DNA of 64,000 nucleotides from Cenococcum geophilum (Eukaryota): the NCBI GenBank assembly GCA_050273025.1, contig CP158636.1:930001-994000 (forward strand). The letters are read 5' to 3'. A program made the position numbers and the translations under genes. Every line of letters begins with the position of its first letter. The first letter of the stretch is position 1. Under the pieces are notes generated by a model. That model did not search any database and had not been told where the DNA came from. It saw only the letters and a program-made list of their open reading frames with translations. Shown one piece after another: positions 1 to 11,214 of the stretch.

Positions 1-512
1 TATCTACTAAGGACCCGAAAATTCCACTAAAGTCTATAAGTTATTACTAAGTATTATACCGCCCTAAACTAAGTAGAAGCTTAAGCTTAGTATATAAAAC
101 TACTGGAAGAACTAGTATCCTATAATAAAAAGAATACTTAAAGAACTTAAACCTAAATCTAATACTAACTCCGTACTTAATACTAAACCTAAAGCTAAAT
201 AGGAAACTATATAAGAAACTATAAACAACCTAAGCAAACTTAATACTCTAGATATCTATATAATTGGAGCTAACCCGCTAGTACAACTCGCCAAAAAACC
301 TAAATATATAATCTTTGCTATTACTATAGCTAATATTAAGAAAGCCTTAGCACTAAAAAACATACCGACCCTGCTATAAAGGTGCTAGTAGAGTATTATT
401 ACCGCCTAGATATATTTTTATAAAAGAAAGCCAATAAGCTACCAGAATACTAACTATATAACTATAAGATTATACTTAAAGAAGGAAAGCAGCCTAGATT
501 TAGACCCCTATA
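1..512 (+). pseudogene. Gypsy family E pol fragment (region just before/at RT start), RIP-inactivated; probably continues at 27210
   Basis: De-RIPed translation near 420-512 reads KEADKLPEH.P.DHKIILKEGKQP.FGPLY, typical of the Ty3/Gypsy RT N-terminus; cut at TA 511-512 by the Pogo element. Confidence 0.8.
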
Positions 513-2352
513 ATATAGTCAGCAAGCTAACAGGCTATACAAGCCTCCGGGCCACCCCACTAAACCACTAAGGGTAAATATAGCAAATTACTCAACTACG
601 AACGATTGTATTTGGTGTAGCTATTTACTAGCTACTTATTTAACGTCTAGGGCACGTACGTGCATTATGTTCTATTGATTTGCATATACTATACTTACGC
701 ACTGCCCATTGCGGTCGCTTAGCCGCTGCCTCTACTACCCTTTCCTAGACAGCTTGTGCATGAGATAGGCCTTCTACTCCTAATAGAACACCCCCCTTAG
801 CTATATACGTACGCCGCTATACTCTCTTCTGTTTCTGGCGCTGGTTTTCCATATATAGCTTCTTATTTTCACTTGCAAGTAGGATAGCGCTTAATATCGC
901 CATTTCGCACCCCTTGACAAGCTAGCTAAGGGCTTATTCTATTAAACTTAGTAGGCTATGCGTACGCCGCCTAAGATAGCGCCTTAGTAGGGCCGTCTGC
1001 TGTTGTAGCTCAGTAATATTATAGGGTGTTTCAGCTGCCTAAGATGCATTTAACTGCGGACGGCGTTGGGGTAATGGCGTCTAATATTCAGTGTGCAGCT
1101 GTGCTAGTACGCGATTAGGGCTATATGGAACTAAGCCAGTAGCTGCGAATCCTGCCAGTATATTATTCCGATGTAGTGCTATAGGCCTAGCCTGCCTATA
1201 TAGTAGTAGGAATTCGTGTTTATTAATATGGTTAATGCCGCGGCCTATAAGCTGTTTAACGAGGCGTCCGTACGATTGCTTAAGGACTAAGAAACAGCCT
1301 ACATCCAGCGGCTATAGTAGATGCGACGAATGCGCTAGTATATAGAGGACGACTATCTAATGATCCAGGCAGTACCGATCAAATTCAGGCGATACGTAAC
1401 TGTTGTGGCCATCTAGTACTAGCAGCCGATACGTGCCAACCGTGTGATCCTTTGTATGCTTATTAAAAACCTCCGTTAACTAGGTTAGGCTAATCTTATT
1501 TATCGTCTAGCTATTATCGCTAATACTAATTAACCAGTTGTATGGGATAATATTGTTTTTATACTAAGCAGCTTAGTATATTACTGCCTTAAAAATAATA
1601 AGTGGCGGAATTGCGACCCCTAGGGCATTAATACACTCAATAATTGTAACCCATTCTCGATTGCCTAGCTGTACTATTTTAGGCCGGCCAGCCCTATTAG
1701 TTCTAGTAATAACTTTTGCAGTTGCAATAACACCTATTTAGTAGCCAGTTTTATTAAAATTCTAAGTATCCTCGTTAAGAATCCCATATTGAATTTTTGT
1801 ATTTTAGACGTGTTTAAACTAGGCTCAAATAAGTATAGGATCCTCGCATTTAGCACGCTGGTAGTTATACTTATGATTCCATTTAGATTATAGGTCATTA
1901 TGGCGCTTAATAAAGTTGTGTACCTATCGCTCGCCAACTGGTTGTAATTTGGTATGCTAGGTAGCCAAAAGGCTAGCCATCTGCCGTACGGTAGCAACCC
2001 TAGGTGGCATACCGTGTTAATCCATTAATAGAATCTACTGCTTAAGGCTCTCTTCTTGTACTAGTGTAAGACGGCGATTTGGGGCAGTAGAACCGCGTCT
2101 CGGTTTAATGCCTTTATTGCGTTACTGGGCTGTTATTCGGGGTATATCGTATATCTTTACGGCAGATCGGAAGCTTGAGATTTGGCCTTGCTTATAGGCA
2201 TTAAGAGCTAGAATAAGTCTACCCTCTTGAAAAAGGGGGTTTTCTTGTTGTGGTGTAGCCATTGAAGTAATAGTTGAGTAACGCGTCGCGTCTTTCGCGA
2301 TTTTGATGGGGTGGCCGGAGGCTTGCATGGCCCGTTGGCTTGCCGACTACGT
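513..2352 (-). mobile_element. Pogo/Fot1-type (Tc1-mariner) DNA transposon, full length, RIPed
   Basis: About 45-bp TIRs: left ATATAGTCAGCAAGCTAACAGGCTATACAAGCCTCCGGGCCACCCC (513-) versus reverse complement of the right end ACGTAGTCGGCAAGCCAACGGGCCATGCAAGCCTCCGGCCACCCC; TA at 511-512; 1.84 kb. Confidence 0.92.
640..2262 (-). pseudogene. Pogo/Fot1 DDE transposase pseudogene
   Basis: Starts MATPQQENPLFQEGRLILALNAYKQGQISSFRSAVKIYDIPR (HTH-like); GNREWVTIIECINA and LDGHNS-like DDE blocks; C-terminal RKCSICKS.EHNARTCP knuckle; many RIP stops. 3' end approximate. Confidence 0.88.
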
Positions 2353-2353
2353 A

Positions 2354-2859
2354 CTGTGCTTTGCGAAAGTATTGCGAAAATCAAGATTAAGCGAGCCTCC
2401 CCCCGCATGCGCTTGCTTTACAAAAACGCTTCTATAACTACCAAAAATAAGTCCTATTTTATAAAGCTAGTAGATAGAACTATAAAATAGATACTGCTTT
2501 ATAATTTTAAATACGTAGCAGCTTAGTAAATAACGTGGTTGTGGAATTTTAGGTAGTAGAGCGTTGGGCTGAGTACAACGTTCAAATCGCGGTTTTCGTT
2601 GCCAAGACAGCCAAGATACAACGCTTTCCAAGTTTCTCGAGCCTAAATACTAACTACCCCTTAAAGCTCTACTACTACGTTATATACTAGGTTGCTATAT
2701 ATCTAAAATTATAAAGCAGTATCTATTTTATAGTTCTATCTATTAGCTTTATAAAATAAGACTTATTTTTGGTAGTTGTAGAAGCGTTTTTATAAAGCAA
2801 GCGCATGCGGGGGGAGGCTCGCTTAATCTTGATTTTCGTAATACTTTCGCAAAGCACAG
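2354..2859. mobile_element. MITE / fold-back non-autonomous element (506 bp) with ~190-bp TIRs
   Basis: CTGTGCTTTGCGAAAGTATT...GCGAGCCTCCCCCCGCATGCGCTTGCTTT at the left end is mirrored at 2795-2859; TA on both sides (2352-2353, 2860-2861); no ORF. Confidence 0.9.
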
Positions 2860-2862
2860 TAT

Positions 2863-5093
2863 CCCTTAACCCGTCAGCGTCCTACGTTATCGATAAGAAT
2901 ATGGTCCGTGCATAGAACAACAAGACATCGTGCTCAGAACTTCCATAGAAACTAGATAGTATTCAATGCCATATTCTACTACACTATGGTCTCCTCTACT
3001 CGATCTAGAGACCTAGATATTGTTTAAAGCACACAATACAAGGTTCCGCCGACTCGAATTGCAAAAAACCCTCCTTTAAAGCCTTAGCCAATACCCAGCT
3101 TTAAACCCTACGAAATTGACAATTGGCACGATTATGGCCAGCCAAATCTTCCACCTGACCTTAATACAAGTGATGCCTTCGCGATATTTAGTTTATTCTT
3201 TACAGAGGATATAATAGATAAGCTTGTAGGGTGGACAAATGAGTTTGCAGAGCTCCATCAGCCGTCAGATAAGGAAGCACTAAGGTACCCTCGGTCGTGG
3301 AAACTAACATTAAGGACGGAACTATACGCGTATTTCGGTACACTTATTTATATAGGAATTACAGCAGAATCTAGTGTAGAGGACTACTGGGGCGATTTAA
3401 CCGAAAATGGAGCTTCTCATATAGTCAAAGACTATATAGGGAAGACTTGATTTGAACAACTTGACCGCTACTTTTAAGCCTCGCAACCTCTACCTAACAA
3501 TACCCCACAGCGAAGGACAATATTTGATCGTGTTAACGACCTCTCTAAGCACCTGCAACTACTCTGCCGGAAGCTCTATATGCTAGGAGCTTACCTTACT
3601 ATCGATAAGACAATTCAGCGCTTTACTGGCCGTGCTAGGGAAATTGTTAATATTTTATCTAAGCCAATACCAGAAGGCTTTAAAATATAGATTCTTGGCA
3701 ACGAAGGCTATGTATTAGATTGGATGTGGTACGCTAAAGGGGCTAATAAAGGCCCTGTCGATCTAGATACTTCCTTTACTAAAGAAGGTTTTTTAAAGAC
3801 GCAGGCAGTAGTTCTTGATTTCCTACTACAAGAAGACGACTTCACTAAGCAGCGGCTCTATCCTCTAGGAAAACACGTCGTTTGGCTTAATAACCTCTTT
3901 ATAAGCGTTAAGCTTCTTTTACGCCTTTAAGAGCTTGGAATTGGAGTAGCTGGAATAGTTAGAATAATAAGAATAAGGCGCGAGGAACTAAGGGACGAAG
4001 AAGGTAATATATCTTCTGGCCGCTATAAACGGAAGACTCCTACAGAGCAGATGGATCCTCAACTTATTAAGCTCAAACTTACCTACGCAGCCCAGATTCT
4101 ATGGGGGACTTTATATAGTTCGCTATCTAAGAACTCTACAGTATTAGAGCTCGCCTAGAAGGATGCTAATATAGTGCTTTTTATAAGTACTGTCCATAAC
4201 GGTAAGTTCTACTTAATACTATAATACTTTTATTAATGACGTCATATATCGCCAGGTTAAGACTACGTCCTCTCTCTACAAAAGCGGCCCGTAAATACCT
4301 CTACTAGAGCCCAAATAACTCGTCTTGTCTTCGGCAACGATCTACAAAAAGAGCTTAAGATTCCTGTCTTTATAGAGGAGTATAATTGCTATATATATAG
4401 TGTGGATATTACGGATTAATTACGGTCTTATTATAATATACTAAGGATAAAACGGAAGACTTAGAAGCCTCTATTTAGCTTCCTACTTAATACAGTAATA
4501 GGCAATTACTATTTACTATCGTCTTACAAGCCGTTTAACTATAGAGCTAGCCGCAAGGAGTCCTATAAGCAATTTCGGAAGGACCTTCGCAAGGCCTTAT
4601 TCCAGCGCTTAACTTAAGCCACCGAGACTCATTTACGACCCCCTTGACGCTCTACAAATGATATTATCTACGTGCCTATAGAGGAGCATAAGCTTATTAA
4701 GCTTTGGAAGAGGCAGCGCAGCTACTCGGCTTATATTAAGGCTGGAAGAAAAACTACTAATCGGCAACATAGAGGACGAAGGAAGGCCCTTAGTGAGCTC
4801 TTAGAGAACACAGTTAAAAAGCCACAAGGGAGTAGCGATTAGAAGAGGCCGGCGAGGGCAGCGAGGACTCTCTACGGCTGCAATATTTGCAGGATTCCAT
4901 TCTGTATAAAGACGGCGTGCTGGCAGCCTTATCTTAATCAACTTAATACCAAGGATTGAACCTATATAGAGCTTCTGCTAAGAGAGAATTAAATATCAAT
5001 GGCTTCAAATATCTTAGCACGACCAAATATCTAAGCTACGTAATTGGCCAGATCCTTATCGATAACGTAGTACGAAATTTGACGGGTTAAGGG
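2863..5093 (+). mobile_element. piggyBac-superfamily DNA transposon, full length, RIPed
   Basis: Terminal IR CCCTTAACCCGTCA / TGACGGGTTAAGGG plus internal IR CTACGTTATCGATAAG separated by unequal spacers (piggyBac architecture). If TTAA is the TSD the element is 2870-5086. Confidence 0.92.
2986..4959 (+). pseudogene. piggyBac DDD transposase pseudogene with one probable intron (4202-4255)
   Basis: Motifs FSLFFTED..DKLVGWTNEFA, LTID(E>K)TIQRFTGR, KPIPEGFKI, WL(D>N)NLF, VDI.D(Q)LRSYY; C-terminal CNICRIPFC...C Cys domain; GTAAGT..CAG 54-nt intron. Confidence 0.9.
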
Positions 5094-5379
5094 ATAGGAG
5101 CCTTTATAGAGTTAAACCGTTATATATTACCACGTAAGGGCAAATTACCATTAGATTGCCATTAGGTTGCGGTAAAGTGTAATTATATAACTAGAATATT
5201 GTTAAAATGTCTAGGAACTTTAACCAGCAGTTAAAGTTATCTAATTAGTTAGATTTTTAGATGCTAAGCCTTATTATATAATATTATTTTAAGCCTTTAG
5301 CAATACCCCCCTTTCTTCTTTTTTATACCTTAAGTGTCCCTTCTATATATATATATATAGTAACTATAGCGTTACCGGA
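5094..5379 (+). mobile_element. Gypsy family A copy 1, 3' UTR remnant (continues 26990-27209)
   Basis: Matches 59024-59306 of copy A2 apart from RIP transitions and a TA-run length difference. Confidence 0.88.
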
Positions 5380-5405
5380 TATAAGAGGCTAGCTTAACCG
5401 GAACG

Positions 5406-5586
5406 TGTTACGGCACCCGTAACAGATCTAGTCAGGGGCTTGCTTAGGACTTGGCGCACACATATAGACGTCATCCCCTCCACCTTCTGCTCCTCAGCTT
5501 GATATCCTTGTCGTAGGACAATCCAATTATACAGGTTGCATGCGTGTTATACCGTGCTCGTGCCTCGATTGACTGAGTTCGTGACA
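5406..5586. mobile_element. Solo LTR (181 bp) inserted in the B LTR
   Basis: TGTTACGG...CGTGACA with perfect TSD GAACG; removing it restores identity to LTR 26654-26984; 3' half resembles the H LTR. Confidence 0.92.
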
Positions 5587-8500
5587 GAACGTATAATTAT
5601 CTAATTAACAGTGTCACCGGTAAGTAGAAGGTAAGTTAAAGGTATATTAAAGGTAAGTAGAAGGTAGAATAAGTTTTTATATATTAAGGAACAAATACTT
5701 CTAACCACTTCTATTTAGAGACTAATCGCTAGTTCTTCTCTAAAGGGGAACTAGCTTCCTATATATTTCTTTTAAGACGCTAGTAAAACCTTTCGCCCCT
5801 AACCTATTTAACTATGTCTTTTAGAATATAGATAGGACATAAATAAAACCTTCTACCGTCTTATTAAATATGTACCTCCTAGGGGATTCTATTACAATTA
5901 CCTTCCTTTTTAGGGTCTTAGTCCTCTAAGACTTCGCCTCTACTAAGCTTTTATAAAGTTCCGGCTAAAACCACTAGGGAAACCCTTAGTAAAAAGGTAC
6001 TCTATAATACGGCTTATTGCTAGCTCTTTACTAGCGCGGAACTTTACTTTATTTTTTATTTCTCTGCTTTTCTTCTACCCTAGCTCCTTATAGTGCTTTT
6101 ATAATAGGATTTTAATAATAGTAATAAAAATTTAGTGGGATTTACCTCTTTAATTTTAGGAATTTGTTATAAATGGATTTAGAGGTTATTTAGTATAACG
6201 CATTAACTAACCACTATCCCTATTTACCTAAATGGGTTTTAATAATAATGTCTTTTATTTTAATTTCTTTCTGTTTATAAGTTATTGTCTTTTATTTATC
6301 CTTTTATTAATAACACTATTTATCTCGTTTTTAAATAGGCTATTTTCATTATATCTTACCTTTTAGCTTCTATATCTTTAGCCGCACTTCTATTACTACC
6401 TTATTATCTTTTCTTAACGCGTTTATAGGTAATAGGATCCCTACCTTATCTTCTTATAATAATGCTAACTTCTTAGAGTATTTTTTTATAATGGCTTATA
6501 GTCCTTCTACGCGTCCCTAGACCGGCGGCAGTATCGTTCCTCTCCTAGTAACGCCCTAGACAGTATCTATTACTCCTATAGCAGTTTCCCTAAAATACTA
6601 TTATTGCTATATTTATGCTCTTATATAGGATCCTTCCTACGTCTATAAAATGCCTTATTCCGGCAAAAATAAATCTAAGTACTTCTATTACTGTAGTAGG
6701 AGAAAGACCTACGTCCTAATATTTCCCATTCCGTCTTATTTTAAATTTCGCTAATTATACTAGATCCCTGCTATCTATACGTATAAGACTTATAGGCTCT
6801 AACGCGCTATCTAAGATTTCCGCTAATATTTTAATAGTAATAGGCGGGGATAAAAGGTATCTTCCCTTACTTATAGACTCTTTAATTTAATAAGGGTTTT
6901 TACTACTATAGAGATATAATAATCTCGGATATATAGTATCTAGGAGCGTATATATAAACAGCTTACCCTTATTAATAATAATATTTATACTCTTATGTAG
7001 GCTAATTTAGCTAGGTAAGTTTCTCTAGTAACTTACTTAGGAACTATACTAACTCCTTTAGCTAACGTCTCTTTAATCCCTGCTTAGACGCCAATTTAAA
7101 ACTTAGGGATACTAAGGATAGTAATAAACGTTAAGATAAACGTTCTCCTTACTAGTCTCCCGCCTATGCTAGTCCTTCTAGTACCTGTTATTCTAAAAAG
7201 AATATTAGTAGAAGTGCTAATGCTTTCAAGGATAGAGGAGCTAATAATACTATTAATAATGACGTTAAGATGGAAGAGGAGGCTCTTATTACTGCTGTTA
7301 GTATTTAAGTTATTACCTAGCTCTCTTCTTCTTTTTATAAAATAGCTTTATATAGTACTTCTTGGGTGCCTCTAAAATGCCCTATTATTAAGAATTAATT
7401 TTATACTTTAGGGATACCTTTATTTTAAGCTTCGGTAACAATTCTTATAAAGGTAGTGCACTATTATAATCCCTATATATAATAAACGGGTAATATTCCT
7501 ATAGGTGCTTTATAATTTTTTAAAAATTTTAATTCTTTATAGGCTGTCCTTTTACTCCTCTTTATATTATTAACTCTACTACATATCTCCGGTGCCAAAC
7601 TAGATACTCTTTTTTTTTATCCCTAGGGGGTCCTTCTAAATCCCTAAGGCCTTTTCTTATATTGCTACTACTTATTCTTAAACAGCGTCTTCTTTAGATA
7701 GTATCCCTAATAGTTCTCCTATAGGTCCTATAGGCTTCCCCTTATAGGGTTCTAAGATCCCTATTATAATAGCGAAACATTTTCATTCTTAATGCCTATG
7801 CTTAACCTTATAGTTTTAATTTATAGGGTCTTCCCTATTATCTCGTTTGTGGTATATCCAGAACCGTTACTAAATCTTTATCTTTAGTCCTTAGGAAGGT
7901 TTTAATTGCTATATTATATCCTAGCTAAAGGTACTCCTTAGGTTCCCAACTATTATATACCTAAGAGTATTCTTTCTAGCGAACTAAAAATTCACGCTTC
8001 TTCTAGCGCTATCTTTAGTCTAAAATATCTTCTATATTCCATTCTAGTTCCCTATTAATTTCACTAAGTAGTAATAGTTCTATACTATCTCTTCTCTAGT
8101 ATAGCTTTAGTAAGGAAACATAAAATATAGAATATATTAAATATAATTTCGGCAATTCCAATTTATAGGCTTAATTTCCTTTAGTTTTCCTAACTATCTT
8201 AAAGGGTCTAAGCTACTGGTAATCCAGCTTCTTCTTAATACGTTTTATTTAGATATTTTTTATAAATAGTAAGACTTTGTCTCCTATCTCGAATTCTTTT
8301 AGCATATATTTTTCGTTATAGTACCCTTTTTGCACAGCCTAGGCGTCTAGTAAGTGCTTTTTAAGTTCCTTTCTACGAATTCTTATTTACTTAATTTTTT
8401 TAGACGCTACTAGTGCCTCTCTTTTAGGAATAATGTCCTTAACGTTCTAGGGGTCATTTGCTTTTACCCCAAATAATGCTTTATAAGGGGTCATTTTTAT

Positions 8501-8716
8501 ACTATTATAGATGCTTATGTTATATACGTGCTGCGCTAAAGCTAACTACAATATCTAATTATCCTGTTAATAATTGATATAGTAGCGGAGGTAGTGTTCC
8601 AACAACGCATTTAGACGCTCTATTAGCCCGTCTATTTGCGGGTAAAAGGTAGTACTTATCCTTTATCGTATTTTTAATAAGAGACAGAATAAAGACTAAA
8701 ATGCACTATTAAATAC

Positions 8717-9033
8717 TATAACCGACTACCGAGGTTCGCCTCACCCTACGACTCACCACCCGTTTCTTGACTCATATGTCTTTTACCATCATATCTCATT
8801 ACTGTATTACCCCTGTCTTTGATATCTACCTATCGATTATTTCTATTACCTATTCATTACGTATTACCGACTGAGTGGCAATGGCGGCCTAGTGGCCAAT
8901 TAGGTAACAGTTACAAATCATCGTCGGTATCTCCGACAACCTTAGCCACCTATTTCTTGTATATAGTCTACTCGATTTCCATAGATTTACAATCAAGTCG
9001 CTTATGCAATTCTCCCACACTGTAAAGCTTACA
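8717..9033. mobile_element. Solo LTR (317 bp) inserted in the B integrase
   Basis: T(A)TAACC...CTTACA with TSD AATAC (8712-8716, 9034-9038); excision restores the integrase VSDRGTVFNSAF frame. Confidence 0.9.
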
Positions 9034-11214
9034 AATACGGTACCTCTATCAGACACAATTCCTCTTAGCGTACTAAATAAGAGCCACTATTTTAAAAACA
9101 GGTCTATTAGTTCCACTGCCGTAATTAATATTATAACAGCAAAGTATTTTAAAAACTTTATATACCTGTTGACGATTACTAGAATAGTGTTAGTAACCTC
9201 TTTAGTTCTTGTCTTAGTAGGGGGTAAGCCTATAATAAAATCTATTATTAATTCTAATATAGGTCCCTACGGAATAGGAAGCACTAATAACTTACTATAT
9301 AGGCGATGCCTAGATATCTATATCCTTTAGCACATATTACACCTTAATATATAGTCCTTAACCTCTTTAGACATTCCGTCCTAAAAGTATTTCCTTTAAA
9401 CAGCCTTAAGGGTTCTATTAGCACCGTAGTAACCCCTAAAAGGGTCGTTGTAGAAGACCTTTAAATTTTCGTCTTAAATTGCTTAGTCCTTCGGGATATA
9501 TATAGTACCCTTAAAGCGTAATAGACCCTTTTAGTCTTACTGCTATAGCTTCTTAGTAACTCTAGTTAAGTTAGTCTCTACTATATCTTTCTACTTCTCC
9601 CTAGAGGCGAAGGTGTCCTTTTATTAAGCTTAAAGAAGAAAATCTAGAAAGGTTTTATACAGATTACTTGCTTCTATTTTGCCTACCGCTATTATAAACT
9701 TAAGGCGTGGCATAAGGTATTTTAAACTATTAGTGCTAGTAAATTCTCTTACTGTTATATAGTATATCACGCTACGGATAGGTATTTTGCCTATCCCCCT
9801 TAGATCTGAAAACTTGTAGCTAATATACCATTAAGTTAAAGGTGCCGTAATACCTCTAGCATATCTTATACAATTCTCACTAATTTTAGGGTACGCCAAC
9901 TTTATAATATCTGCTTAGTCTATAACCTAGTCTATAACTATATCCTACGGCTCCATAATTGTATTACTTTATAGCTATATTACTAGGACCTCTACTTTAC
10001 CGCGAAATTCTATAGTTCTAGGGAAAGAGTCTTCTTTTTTTTTTAAGCAAATTTTGCAATATAGAGATTATTTCCCCTATACTGTCCTAAATTCTCCCTA
10101 TCTTGTAATCTAGACGTCTTAACAACCTATTAGTAGGATTTATCTTTCCTAGGCGGTATATAATTTTAAAGTTGTACTATAATAGTGCTTCTACCTATCT
10201 CGCTTATTAACCGCTTAACACCTTTATAGTTATAAAGTATTCTAGGTTATTATAGTCTAGTAGTAGTTCTTTAATTAACGTCTAATATAGATCCTATCTT
10301 GGCCCACGCAGACTACTCCGTTATAGGGGGGAAAACTTATAATTTATATGAAGAAAACCCTGCAGTTAGGGGAGGAAAAACCCTATGAGCAGCCTCAGTA
10401 GGATAAAAAACCCCGATTTGCCATGTTTGTACATAGCAGCGGCCCTACGGGCCTACTGCACGTCCTCCTCCTTAGATGTTTTAAACTTCTTGGGAACCAC
10501 TACTTCCTTCTCTAGCTTATCAAAGCTAGGGTTCACTACGTCCTAGCTAGGCCTTGCTAATCGATTGCTGTATCTTATTGTCTCTTTATATCCCATATCT
10601 TACCTATCCCCTATATACTATCTCTTATATAAACCACTACCATATACGTCTTACCTCCCCCCCCCTAGAGCTATCAAAGGTGTAAGGGGGATTTATCTAT
10701 TCTAACTACTGTAATACTAATAAGCGAGCGGGATATTATGTGTATTTAGGTATCTTTTATACCTAGGCCCCAGCTAGGCCCTCTCTAAGGGTTACTACTC
10801 CGTTAAAAGGAGATAGGGAAAACCGTAGGTTGCAATCCAAGCTGCTAGGTAGTATTTAGTAGTTGAAAATGGCAAGTGACCGCATACTCCGCGGGCGACT
10901 GCCCTAGGGGTTAGGAGGGGCCGTATATTTACTCGTTCGTTTATTTACTTATACGCTTATTCGTCCGTTAATATAAGGTCATTAATGCTTTTCATTAGGG
11001 GCTAGGGGATGCTTTTAAAAGCTATTTATCCACGTTAGATTATATAGGTGCTTAGTAGGAGAACTAGTGGCTATATTATAAAGGGGTACCGTCGGTAGTA
11101 GTTTTCAAGATCTCACCATCCTATATAAAAACTTTTTACTATGCCCTACGACGCATATAACCACTAGGTCCTACTTACACGCGCTATACAACGTCTCTGC
11201 GTTGGCTCTGGGTC

